This document shows, piece after piece, positions 1 to 11,193 of a stretch of DNA of 64,000 nt. The stretch spans positions 310,001 through 374,000 of the forward strand of contig JBBPEE010000035.1 in assembly GCA_039096935.1 (NCBI GenBank). The letters are read 5' to 3'. Source of the DNA: Blastocystis sp. ATCC 50177/Nand II. Lineage: Eukaryota. The position numbers and the translations under genes are program-made. The notes beneath the pieces are model-generated. The model made no database searches, had not been told where the DNA came from, and saw only the letters and a list, made by a program, of their open reading frames with translations. The stretch's first letter is position 1. Every line of letters begins with the position of its first letter.

Positions 1-1259
1 AAAGGCAAAGTGTGCTTCACGGACATGGAATTATGAAAACACTAACGATTTGGGATATCTTGCTCCTCCTGGAAGCAGTGTGTTACGTTGTTTTCATTGT
101 TTTGGTGGCCTTGGAATTCTGCTCCACATCGTTTTCCATGTGGTGGATTTGATAAGGACATTTACGGTAGAGACACCAGTCTGGGTAGCGAGGTGCGCAA
201 GACGATATACCTGCTTGTCTTCATCGGATCGCTGTTTCGCTTAATATCGTTTAGAGCTATTGCAACGATTGAGTTGTAGCATTGCCTGCCATGTCTTCAT
301 GGTGCTTCCCGATTACTGTCGAGAGTTCACAATCACAGTGCTGGAGGAGGTGACCAACTTGATTTTTGTAACGGGGTATGGATTGCTGCATCGGTGTGAA
401 CTAGTCTTTCTCTGCAGGTTGTTTTCCTCGTCCAGATCTACTACGCGCTGTTGGGACTGTCTCAGCCCGCCATTCGCCATGTGTTTATTATTGTAATCAT
501 GTCCGTAAGCGTGATTGGTTGCTTTCACCCAAGTCGTACGCCCTTCTCTTCCTTTGCGTCTTCCTCTGCTTGTTTGTGAACGTCAGTGTTATGCTGAAGG
601 GTGTCCAGTGCGATTGCCTCTCCTTCCTGACTCCTAGTCTTATCTTGGTGGGTCTGTGCATATTCTGTTTGCTGGCGCTCTTGCGGTACGGAAGTCAAGT
701 AGTGGAGAGAGCGGCTGTTGATGTTCAGATTTACCAGGAGATGAAGCGAATCGATGTGTCAAAGAGTGTCATTCGGAAAGTTGCACACGCTCGCTCTGTT
801 TTCCATAGATGTTCATCATTCTGACCATTTCCTCCTTCACCTTCTTTTTGCGTGGCACTCTCGATTGCTTATTCATCTTCGAAGTAATTGTTCTCGACTT
901 CGAGTGGTTTCTCCCTCCGCCTGTCACATCTAGTGAGAATGCGAATGGCAACATGCATCTCATCGGATCGCACCTCTACGCATCGTATGCGCTTTCGGTA
1001 CTTCTCATTCTGCAGAACGATGTACTTCTTCTTCTACTACTTCTTGACGGAAATCTTCCCATTGTCCATCCTTCTTCTCTCCACGTATATTCGCCACCAG
1101 CCCGCTCCGAAGGCAGTAAGCACGCCCGTTGCCACCTCGTCGCACACCCCCTACTCATCACCGCCGCAGAGTGCGTACTCGCGGTACAGCGGAAGTTGGG
1201 TCTTCAGTCGCTCGCACTACAACGGCGGAGACAGTATGAAGCAGGCCGTGATCACCTAA
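1..1259 (+). CDS. Multi-pass membrane protein, GPR137/TOM1(THH1)-like, 5'-partial, several short introns
   Basis: Hydrophobic exons (FIILTISSFTFFLRG; YFFFYYFLTEIFPLSILL resembles the last helix of GPR137/TOM1 family members); TAA at 1257-1259. Confidence 0.45.
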
Positions 1260-1384
1260 GTTGAGTATGACAAGTAGCTACTGTCGCCGGAGCAGAGCAC
1301 TCACTCGATCAGCATCCAGCTGTCGACGCACATCAACTCGAAGAAGGTTTTGTAATATAGTGGGCTGTTTGGAAGAAACACCAA

Positions 1385-2004
1385 TTAACACTTGTAACCA
1401 GTGACGGTGACGATGACAATGGAGACAATCAGACCGTACAGAGCCAGAGCCTCTCCGAAAATGAGCATCAGAATCATACCCACGAAGATCTTCTCCTGCT
1501 GACCGCAAGCGCGAACACCTATGGGTGACAGCATTTCAGATAAGCGCACCAGCATCTCCAGCAATACCAATGGAAAGACCGGCAGCCAGGCAAGAAAGAC
1601 CGCAGCTGAGACCCGCAGCCAGATGACCGTAGCCGGAGTAGCTCGTGTAGTGGGTACCGGCAGCGTTCACGGGGTAGACTAGGGTGAAGCAAGAGGAGAG
1701 AGCAATACTCGAGTACACCATGATAATGGAGGCAATCAGTCCGTAAATACCCAGAATACCGGCCATAATGACGGGCAGCATGTTTCTCATGACGGCATCA
1801 GGTCTGAAGACACCCATCGAGCATACACCAACACCGGCCTTGGCCGTTCCGTAGGCGGAACCGAGGTCTACACACAAATGATGGAGGGTGGCGAAAAGAC
1901 TCACTGGCGAAGATGATAGAGGCAGCCACTCCCATAAAGCCGAAGAAAGGAGCGGAAGTGGGGCACAATTCAGAAATGGTGAGGTCAAACACGGTGGAAA
2001 GCAT
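1385..2004 (-). CDS. ATP6V0C: V-type H+-ATPase proteolipid subunit c (3 introns)
   Basis: Spliced [83 protein letters not shown], including the catalytic Glu. Confidence 0.95.
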
Positions 2005-2566
2005 CGTAGTGTCGCTTGGCAGGAATATGGCGATGGAAAGAAACGGGGAAACGGGGAAACAAACACGGAAGAACGGCGTTATTCACCGTAATGGAAGGGG
2101 AGAGGCAAGAGCATAGTGGGGAGTGGGTGAGAACGATCCGACATGGAAATCGCCTGTTGCATGGGCTGCTGCTTTGGATGGTGCCATCTGCACATACAGA
2201 GCGTGGAACACTCACAGGAGAGTGCAGGAGAGTGTAGTGGAAAGGCGTGATCACGGAAGCAACACGTCTGCTATTTGTAATAGGAGGGACTCTGAGGCGA
2301 GGATAGTGACAGGGGCGATTGAAATGGGAAACAGAAGCGGGGAAAGAACTGACGCAAAGAAAAGGGTCAAATGCAAAGATAACCCCTGCAATTTGTATAG
2401 GGGTGAAACAAGAATGAGGGCCATCCCTTCCATTTATGTTGAGTGTTCTCCATAGCTTTCCAATCTTCTATTGCTTTTGAACCTTGATTGAATAGGTGAG
2501 TGTGGTTTTCTGTGAAGTATCATTCTGTGTTGGGAACGAAGGGTTTTCTGACAGTTCTTTTAGATA

Positions 2567-3199
2567 ATGCCCCGTGATAAGGATTTTGACGATTTTGATG
2601 ATGACGAGGAGGAGGAAGTGGAAGAGGTGGAAGAGGCTGAGGACGGAGACGAGGACGAGGAAGAGCAGGAGGAGGAGCCCGAGGACGATCTGGAGGAAGT
2701 GGATATTGATGAGATGGGAGTCCGCAACGAGTCTGAGGAAGAGGAGGAGGAGAGAGAAGACGTCTGGAAGAATGGTCCTCATCCCGTCGACAAGGAGGTG
2801 GATCCTGAGAAGAACTACATCCACTCTTACTCGAAGGAGGGCGTGGGCCGCTTCATGAAGAACACCAAGCTGAAGATCACTTGGGAGCTGGTGATCGAGG
2901 GCGAGGAGCACACGATCGCCGTGTACCACAGCCAACTGTCCGGCAAGAAGGTGGTGCTGCTGGACGGTGATACCGAGTACGAGGAGTCCGAGTTCTTCGA
3001 CGCGGGTCTGGACTACACCTTCCCGTTCCGCATTGAGGGCCGTGAGGTGTCCGTGCTGATTTCGGACGCTCTGGGAGACGGCAAGGTCGGCTGGAACTAC
3101 GATATTCTGATCGACGGAGTCTCTCTGAACGACCTGCAGGAGCAGAGATCGATGGGCGCGGGTGGTGGTTACGAGGAGGACGAGGAGCTGTTCGACTAA
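2567..3199 (+). CDS. Acidic N-terminus plus FAIM1-like domain protein
   Basis: WELVIEGEEHTIAVYHSQLSGKKVVLLDG...YDILIDGVSL parallels FAIM W..HKIEFEHGTTSGKRVVYVDG..YTLEINGKSL; intronless ORF. Confidence 0.65.
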   Translation: MPRDKDFDDFDDDEEEEVEEVEEAEDGDEDEEEQEEEPEDDLEEVDIDEMGVRNESEEEEEEREDVWKNGPHPVDKEVDPEKNYIHSYSKEGVGRFMKNTKLKITWELVIEGEEHTIAVYHSQLSGKKVVLLDGDTEYEESEFFDAGLDYTFPFRIEGREVSVLISDALGDGKVGWNYDILIDGVSLNDLQEQRSMGAGGGYEEDEELFD

Positions 3200-3327
3200 A
3201 TAGGGATGTTATACTCTCTCTAGGTGTATGGATACTATAAGCTGGCTGTTGTGTTTGTTGTCACGATGATCAGTTTTTCCTCTTCATCGTCTCCAAGTTC
3301 TTTTGCTTTGATCATCTGGTTGACAGA

Positions 3328-6300
3328 ATGCAGAGGATTATGAAATGCCTTGCTCTGCTACTGTGTCTTCTCTTCTTCCAGGCCGAAGCGGCTGCGAAGT
3401 TGAAGAGTAGGAACGGTCGAAACACAGTGGTCTCACGTCATAGAGCCAACAAGGGACACGGCAGATGAAGCCCTAGGTAATCTCGTTCGATTCGCGGGGG
3501 CTCACGATTAGATGACGATTTTTCGCTAACGATAGACGAGTCGAGCACGCTGCCATTTGCAAGAACGAATCCGGCAACCACGGGTAGAAAATGGGGATGG
3601 GGTGTAACGGAGCTAGATGGGCTGACATCTGTCAAGTTCGACCCACCGGTGTTGGATTTTTCCGAGAAAACGATCTGCATGCAGTGGTCGGCCGTAGTTT
3701 GCGCCTTGGGTGTCTGATCGCAATAGCGCTTCACGGTTCGGAATAAGCACCGAACGATGGATCTCCGGATCACGTCAATCGAGTTTTCGCGCGAGCTGCT
3801 GCTGAGAATGGCGAGCCGGTACCCCACGGTCGTGAAGTCCAAGTCCTCGGCGTCGTTCGAGATGCTCCTAATTCCGGACAAGCTGGGCGCCATCGAGGAA
3901 ACGTGTATCATCAACACGAACATGGGCCCTCTCTACTACCCCGTACTTTTACGATGTGGGTGTCACGTGCAGGTGAAAGCGACGGGAATAAACAACTCGT
4001 TCGGCATCTCCGCCCTGTACGGGATTAAGATCCCACGGGGCAGCGAGTACCGCCATACGGTGTACCTGTACAACCCGAGCGTAGAGAAGAAGATCCGGAT
4101 CTATCGCATCGGCAGTTCGGATGATGACATTACCCTCTACGTCCGCGCAGCCACGGAGATGGGTGCGTTCTTATATTGCCGATGACCCCTAGACTGGCTG
4201 GTCAATGAGCACGAAAAGGCCGATATTTTCTCCTTTTCCTACAGCAAGACGAATCGCCACCATTTCTTCGTTGCCTCCGTTTGGCGGTTTGAGGGGTAGG
4301 GAATGGTGCACGCCGTGACCAACATCGCAACCTTCTTCATCCCCATCGATATCTCGTTCACGGAGGGAATGCTGATTTCCCGCCCTTCTTCCTTCTCTCT
4401 CGGCTTCGTCGGCCAGGACCGTCCTCTCTCTCTCCCCTCTTCACGTGCAGAGCACGCCAGCGGCTCGCTCGACATTCTGAACAGCAACAAGGAGCCGCTT
4501 CAGTTGCTCGACTGTTCAGTGGTCAGCGATAATCAAGCCGACGCGTTCCCCGTGCTGGTCTGGAGGAACCGCACGCTGACGCCGTACGAGTACCGTGCGG
4601 CGCTGGACGTGGCGTTCTACGACAAGGAGGAGGGCGAATTTGGCGGGAGAATCGTCATCCAGACAAACAGCTCCGTGAAGGCATTGCAGCGCATTGTGGT
4701 GGAGTACGACTACACGTACAGTGATTACTGTCTCTTGATCATCCTAGCGTGGTGGCGGGCTCCCTGCTGACGCGCTCGCCGCTGTTCTACGAGGTGAAGC
4801 CGTCGGTGCACAGCAAGCTGGCCGTCATTCCGCTCACCATCTTCAACAACTACTCCGTGCCCGTCGTCATTACGCGCATCGGCATCCCCGACGCCGCCGC
4901 CACGCTCCTCTCCACCTCCGACAAGGCCTCCACCCGTCGCTTCACGGTGTGTGTCACTTTCTCGCCTCACTCGCAGCTCACGCGCAGTTTCTCCGCGTTC
5001 GCGCCGCCCAAGCGCCCCTTCTCCCCGCTCTACTTCGTGTTCCACGTGGCGCGCTTCCGCAGCCAGCTGTGGGTCCGCGGCGCAGGCGTCACCTCTAGGC
5101 AGCGCTCCGTGTTCAGCGCCGTGGTGGCGGTCACCACCAACCTGACCTCCTTCTCCGTGGAGCTGGTGGCCTACGACGGACTGCTCTCCGTCTACTCCTC
5201 CTCCTCCGTCATCACCACCGCGTGGGCGCCGCTCGCCTTTCTTCCCCGTAGCTCGTTCCAGCAGGACTCCATCAACTGGGGCACACGCCTGCCCTTCTCC
5301 TACACCGCCGCCTTCTCCGCCTCCTCGCTGCTCCTGGACATGGGCTTCCTCCACCCGGGCGAGCACCGCTACCAGACGCTCGTGCTGTACAACCGCAACC
5401 CCGTGCCCGTCGCCTTCACGCTGCACTCGCCCACGCTCCCGCAGGTGGCCGTCACGCCCGTGTACCGCTCCACGCTCACCAACCAGACCGCCACGCAGGC
5501 CTTCACGCCCGGCAGTTCGCTCTTCATCGCCTCCTCACGCCTAGTGTTCGCCCTGCCGGCGCGCCAGCTGCAGTTCGCTCCCTGGGAGTACATGATCTTC
5601 CTCGTCGACGTCTGCGGCGCGCCGGACCTCTCCCGCGGGAACGCGCTGCGCGCGGCGGAGACGGCGGCGCCGAGCCTGCCGCCCATCACGCTGTACCACT
5701 ACAAGGACGTGGTGACGGGCGAGAACCCGTCGCAGCATGTGGGCGCTTGCTGCGTTTTTAAACATATAGTTGTCGCTGCACGTACAGTACAACTTCCTGA
5801 ACGGCTCGCTGGCGGTGGGCGCGAACAACACGGTGCTGATGAAGGTGTTCTTCGGGCACGACGTGGCCTACCGCACCGTGCAGTACACCAACACGCTCAT
5901 GGACCTCGCCATCCGCGGCGTTGAGGTCTCCACCAACAGCCTCGGCCTGCAGTACCCCGCGCCCACGCTCTTCACCGGCAAGGAGGGCGCCGCTACGCCC
6001 TTCTATCTCGGCACGCTGTCCTACAATGCCACGGCGGAGTACGACGCCTGCAAGTCCGTGCTCTGCGCGCTCCTGCCAGCGCAGCACGCCGTCGACACCT
6101 CCTTCGACGCGCTGCGCGTGCTGCCCTCCGCCGCCGCGCTCCGCCGCCGCCTGCAGCGGAAGCAGGAGTACTTCGCGCGGCAGGGCGAGTTCGTGCGCGA
6201 GGAGCTGACGTGAGCGCCGGCCGCGCGGGTCACGCGTAGCCTCACGACGGACGCCGCGGGCAAGATCCCCGTGGAGGTGCGCATCCAGCCGGTGGTGGTG

Positions 6301-9300
6301 AACTTCTTCCTGGACGCGCGCCACCGCACCACCGCGCTGCTGAGCAAGGGGCTGTTCGGCGCGCTATCGGCGCTGGGGTTCGCGCTCGACTGGCACAGCG
6401 CCGCACAGAACCGGATGTCACGTCGCTACCACACGGTGCCCGGCGTGCAGCTGGACGAGGAGCTGTTCTTCGCCGCCTACGGCGACCCCGGCGCGGCGCG
6501 GCGGCAGCTGGCGGACCTACAGGAGAGCAAGAGCCGGTCGATCGCCAACGGGCAGTACGTCAGCGTGCAGGGCCGCGACGTGGTGTTCTTCTCCAACACC
6601 GTCGTCGGCACGGAGCGTCTGCTCTTCCTCACGCTGCACAACCCACTGGAGTACCCCGTGCTCCTGCGCCTAACTGATGTGGGCAGTGCGGGTAGTATGG
6701 GTGACGTGCTGTCTGACGGGCTGCTGCCCACCAACGGGTCCGCTTGCATCCGCGTGGCGACGGAGGCGGCGCGCGAGGCGGTGCTGGCGCCCAACGGGCA
6801 CGCGCTGCTGGGGCCGCTGGTGTTCAAGCCGACGACGGAGGGCACGTTCAGTCACCACTTCGTGGTCATGAACAACTACACGGGCCTGGAGGTGGTGACA
6901 GTGGCGGGCCGCGCCATCGAGCAGCCCCTCCTCCTGCGCGACGTCGCAGGCACGATGAAGACGGTAGGAGTGACGGCGCTGACTGAAGAGTAGAAGCTGG
7001 AAGTGGCCTTCTCGTACGCGGGCAGCATCGCGCAGTCGCGCAGCGAGGAGATCAACCGGAGCATCATGACCTTCTGCCGCGTGGAGCTGTTCGTCGCCGA
7101 CGATCACTCCATCGTCATCCACAATCTCTCCCTCCTCACCAGCGCGCGGCTGCCCTCGCCGCGCTCCCACATTCTGGTGCGCACCAGTTCCGTACCGGCG
7201 GCGAAGGTAGAGATGGGGCCTTTCACAGACACCAGCGCCACGGTTCGCAACGTGACCATTCCGCTGGGCGGCATTCCTCACTCTGCCTACTCGGGCTTCG
7301 CGCCGCTGCCAGAGGGCGGCTTGCTGCTCCACGCGGGCGTGCAGCTGCAGCTGCTGTTAACGAACTACCCGCGCTGCGCGACGGACGAGCAACTCATCCT
7401 GCAGGTGGCGTCGTCGGTGGGCGAGGCGACGTTCCCGGTGCACTTCCGCTACTCGCCGCTGATGGAACAGATCTGCATTCGGAACTTCTCGCTGGCCACC
7501 TCCGCCTACCTGTTCGAGTGGGCGTGGGTGCTGCTCTTCACTCGTAGCATGCGTGTGGTGATCCTGCTGGTCCTCTCCATGGTCGTGATCTTCCTCTGCT
7601 TCCTCTTCACGGGGCTGCGCGTGCCCGTCGCCTCCACGCTGGAGGGCAAGCTGCTAGCGCTGCTGCTGCCGGAGGAGCCGCGCGCCGTGTACTACGGGCT
7701 GAACGGCTCGGAGGGCGTGACGGTGGTGAGCGAGGGCGCGAGGCGGAGCCGTGTGGCGACGGTGCAGGGGCTGTCACGTGACTCTGGCACGAAGTGCGTG
7801 GAGAGTGACTTTGCCAAGGTGGAGAAGCCCGCTAGTGTGAAGGTGGAGAAGCCTGTGGAGAAGGTGAAGGCGGAGAAGACGGTGCTGGAGGCGGTGGTGG
7901 AGAAGAACAAGCGGGCGAAGGAGGTGAAGATCCCGGAGGGTCTGGAGGAGCTGGCGCAGCGCGTGCAGCGCGAGGAGCGGAAGAAGAAGAAGGAGCGCAA
8001 GGAGAAGCGGCTGGCGGAGCTGAAGAAGGCGGCTGAGAAAACGGTGGAAGAGAAACCGGTGGAGAAGCCAGTGGAAGAGAAGGCTGAAGAGAAGAAGGCT
8101 GAAGAGAAGCCAGTGGAAGAGAAGAAGGAGGAGGAAGCAAAGGAGGAGAAGATAGTGGAGGTGAAGCCTGAGGAGGTGAAGCCTGAGGAAAGGAAGCCTG
8201 ACGAGAAGCCCGTGAAGGAGGAGAAGAGGGCAGAGGAAGTGAAGCTTGAAGAGAAGAAGCCTGCTGAGAAGAGAGCAGTGGAGATGGTTGAGAAGCCGGA
8301 GGAGAAGAAACCAGAGGAAAGGAAGCCTGAAGAGAAACCGGAGGAGAAGCCAGAGAAGAAGGAAGAGAAGCCTGAAAAGGAGGAGAAGGTTGAAGTGAAA
8401 CCAGAGAAGGTTGAGAAGAAGAAACGGGAAGAGAAGCCTGAGAAGAAGCTGGAAGCGAAGCCCGTGAAGGAGGAGAAACCCGCTGTGAAGCCTGAGAAGA
8501 AACCGGAGGAGAAGCTAGAGAAGAAGAAGGTTGAAGCGAAGCCCGTGAAGGAAGAGAAGGAGGCAACGCCATCCATGTCGCCGCTGACCGTCACGCCCTC
8601 CGTCGTCACCGTCATGCAGACGGCCCACGCCACCAAGCCGTCCGCCGCGCCAAAGGCCGCGCCTCCAACGAAGGCCAAGGCCGCCAGCCGCTCCAGCACG
8701 CCCGTAGCTCCCGCCAAGCCGAAAGCGAAACGCCCAGCCTCGCGCAGCACTTCTCGAAACACGTCTCGGAGCACGTCGCGTACGACGACGTTCACGAAGA
8801 CATCGACGGAGCCGTTCACGCCGCACGCGACAGACCCTTCCGTGGGCGTGATGGGCCAGACGGCGCGCGACGCGCAAGGACGAGAGGACAGCTTGTTCCG
8901 GGAGCAGGGCGCCTTCCCGCGGGAATACGGCGTATTCGACGCCGCGCCCATGATGCCCGAGCGAGGCTGGAATAACCGCGGCTACGGCTACGGCGGTTTC
9001 ATGAACGACGGTTACTACAACGGCGGTTTCAGAGACTCCCTTCACTACCCGTTGAACTACCCCGCGTCCACCATGCGGCGCGAGGCGGCGGGCTACACGC
9101 CGGGGTCGCTGCTGGGCGGGCTGAGCTACGACGCGCCGTCCGACTTCGACGAGTACACGGCGTTCAGCAACTACTCGGGCATGGTCTCCACGGACACTAT
9201 GGGCGGGCTGCGCAGCGCCAGCGGACTCAACCGGCCCACCGGCCCCGTTGGCCCCGTTGGCCCCGTTGGCCCCGTTGGCCCCGTTGGCCCCGTTGGCCCG

Positions 9301-9955
9301 AATGGCGCTTCGTGCCCCAATGGGCCCAGTTCCCCTCTGGGCTTCAACGGCCCCACTGGTCTGAATGGCCCTACTGACGCAAATGGTCCCAATGGCCCGA
9401 TGGACCCGAATGGCCCCTACGGCGCACGGGACTCGCGCGGGTACATGCCGATGGGCTACGACATGTACGGCGACCGCTCCTCCGCGTGGCTGAGTGTGGG
9501 CGCGGGCCTGGACGACGCGCTGAACGACTCGCTCTACGCGGACCAGCTGCTGAATTACGATCGCCGGAACGACCAGATGATGGAGGAGCGGGAGGACCTT
9601 CCCTCGAATGTGCGTGACCTGGATGCGGTGGTGTTCCCCTCCTCGCGCTCCAGCTCCGTGACAAGGGCCGCATCGCGCTTCTCGGACGGACTCTCGAGCG
9701 GAACCCCGGCGTTCGGTAGAGGAATAGACGTGACACATAACGCATAGGTCCGTCCGGGATGAACTCCGAGTACGGGCAGAATGGCATGCGCCGCGAGATG
9801 AGACTGGGAAACTGTGCGGAGTGGTGGGGATGTGTGAGGCGTAGTGGAATACTCCATGTCGGGTTTTGAACAAGATCCATTCACCCAGAATCAGCACAAC
9901 AGCTCGCTCTTCAGCGGCTCCTACTACTCCAACCCGCGTTACGATCCGCACTATT
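3328..9955 (+). CDS. TMEM131: TMEM131-like protein (signal peptide, ASH/Ig-like domains, TM, K/E-rich and low-complexity tail); stop probably made by poly(A)
   Basis: FDPPVLDFSEK, LGAIEETCIINTNMG, YGIKIPRGSEYRHTVYLYNPS match the TMEM131 N-terminus; many ~30-nt introns; last exon ends CAC TAT T|GGAG TGTTTGTT. Confidence 0.75.
9241..9300 (+). repeat. 9-bp tandem repeat (GGCCCCGTT)x6+, encoding GPV triplets
   Basis: Directly visible in the sequence. Confidence 0.95.
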
Positions 9956-10004
9956 GGAGTGTTTGTTGGATACGTGTGGAACAAACAAGACAACACACTA
10001 AACA

Positions 10005-10134
10005 ACATGTTAGTAATTTAGCATTTGGATATATGCTGGAAGGGCATATAACACACCAAGGAATCACTGATACTATGCTCCGACAGTTTAGGGTCAAAAT
10101 CGATGTTCCAAAATGACCTTGGTTATACCGGAGC
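10005..10134 (-). ncRNA. Box H/ACA snoRNA with two pockets for 18S (SNORA66/snR49-like and SNORA60-like)
   Basis: Two hairpins, H box ATAGTA (10076-10071), ACA 3 nt from the end; pockets read AGTTTA-NN-TGGT and AGCAT(T)-NN-(A)CCAAGG of 18S, about 14 nt from the boxes. Confidence 0.85.
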
Positions 10135-10141
10135 AAACAGA

Positions 10142-10241
10142 GTGGTCATGCATCGTCACATCCTGGCTTAGCGTGTAACGATATATGTCTTTCCATAGAA
10201 TCATAGTCGATCATATGGGGAAAGAATTGTAATCATCCCAC
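10142..10241 (-). ncRNA. Box C/D snoRNA copy A (LSU GGGGAAAGAA guide; snR190/SNORD12-like)
   Basis: Terminal stem GTGG/CCAC, degenerate C (ATGATT) and D/D' (ATGA) boxes; antisense TTCTTTCCCC before D'. Confidence 0.7.
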
Positions 10242-10250
10242 CGACACACA

Positions 10251-10314
10251 TCAATCAGGAGAATAACACAGTTTTAGCAATCATGGATCATGCTCTATGC
10301 TTTCATCACACTGA
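10251..10314 (-). ncRNA. Small box C/D snoRNA, target unassigned
   Basis: GTGATGA (10309-10303), D' ATGA, C' ATGATT, CTGA (10258-10255), short terminal stem. Confidence 0.75.
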
Positions 10315-10322
10315 ACAACAAA

Positions 10323-10422
10323 GTGGTCATGCATCGCCGCATCCTGGCTTAGCGTGCAGCGATATATGTCTTTCCATAGAATCATAGTCGATCATATGGG
10401 GAAAGAATTGTAATCATCCCAC
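10323..10422 (-). ncRNA. Box C/D snoRNA copy B (96/100 identical to 10142-10241)
   Basis: Direct duplicate; the 4 differences are compensatory changes in an internal stem. Confidence 0.7.
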
Positions 10423-10436
10423 TGTACAACACACAA

Positions 10437-10508
10437 AACTCAGACAAATGCCTCAAGTATAATCACGGGAATGGATTCATACTCGTCATCTATTTCCTCG
10501 TCATCGTT
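10437..10508 (-). ncRNA. Box C/D snoRNA, U15-like dual guide (yeast-numbered LSU Am2281 and Gm2288)
   Basis: C box ATGACGA, D CTGA, D' ATGA; antisense to CAAATGCCTC and CTCGTCATCTA of the conserved LSU GCCAAATGCCTCGTCATCTAATT; the D+5 rule lands on the known methylated A and G. Confidence 0.9.
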
Positions 10509-10564
10509 CACTCACTCAAATCACACAGAGACTTACACATCCAGCTGCGAAACGCTTCGTCTAT

Positions 10565-10688
10565 TCATGTGGGTGAGTAAAAGAAGGGAAACTTCATGCA
10601 ATCAGAGACCCCCGAGTACCCATGCTTGTTTGTGCCCATTCCTTAGTCGTCGTACCACAAAGAGATCGATGACTTACACAATCGGGCA
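10565..10688 (-). ncRNA. Box H/ACA snoRNA, SNORA70(U70)-like
   Basis: 5' hairpin TGCCC/GGGCA with upper stem AGTCATCG/CGACGACT; pocket reads CCTT-TG-TACACA of 18S GCCCTTTGTACACACC; H AAACAA, ACA at 10570-10568. Confidence 0.75.
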
Positions 10689-10693
10689 AAACA

Positions 10694-10776
10694 CATCTCA
10701 GGTGATTCAGACTCCGCATCTCCCCAGTCTCGAAAGCTGGGAATTGGAGTGGTGATACATTCTTTCATCCTCGATG
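10694..10776 (-). ncRNA. Box C/D snoRNA with internal hairpin, target unassigned
   Basis: Terminal stem CATC/GATG, C-like AGGATGA, D CTGA, internal ACTCC..GGAGT stem. Confidence 0.6.
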
Positions 10777-10782
10777 ACACAC

Positions 10783-10860
10783 ACAAATCAGCAACATCTT
10801 TCTTAAATCATTTGCCTTTGGCATATTAAGACCGTCGTCGATGTAGCTCATCACGTTTGT
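10783..10860 (-). ncRNA. Box C/D snoRNA antisense to LSU AGACCGTCGT (snR69/snR71 region)
   Basis: Stem ACAAA/TTTGT, GTGATGA, CTGA; 10-nt complement (10829-10838) to TTTAGACCGTCGTGAG. Confidence 0.8.
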
Positions 10861-10950
10861 ACACACACATTAGTCACACTCACTTACCATTTGAGTCAGC
10901 GACTCCGCGAAGCCAGAGAACAGTCCGAGCGAGGATACTAGAAGAGGTGA

Positions 10951-11193
10951 GTCTGTGTCCATTATGGTTTTTCCACAATATCAAAGCTGCAGAGCAACTC
11001 ATCCGGAGTAGGAATATAATGGCAGGGTGGGAGCAGGCTTGCGCGAGCTCAACCATCCTTCACTCTAGGATCTGCTTGCTGCCTGAGACTTCACCGAAGC
11101 GGTAGCCGGGCTACCTTCCATGGCGCGCAAGAGCGGGAGTCACGAGCGACTACAGTCCGAAGACCGCCATCCACGATCGTCACCGCCGGATCC
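10951..11193 (-). ncRNA. snR30: U17/snR30 (SNORA73) processing H/ACA snoRNA; 5' end approximate
   Basis: m1 ATATTCCTA (11017-11009) and m2 AAACCAT (10970-10964) flanked by a CCATT/AATGG stem; m2 lies exactly 7 nt before ACA (10956-10954), which is 3 nt from the end. Confidence 0.9.

Noticed and set aside
10142..10422. 100-bp direct repeat as LTR or CRISPR-like element
   Set aside because: Only two copies, no mobile-element ORF, and both have C/D boxes and an rRNA guide
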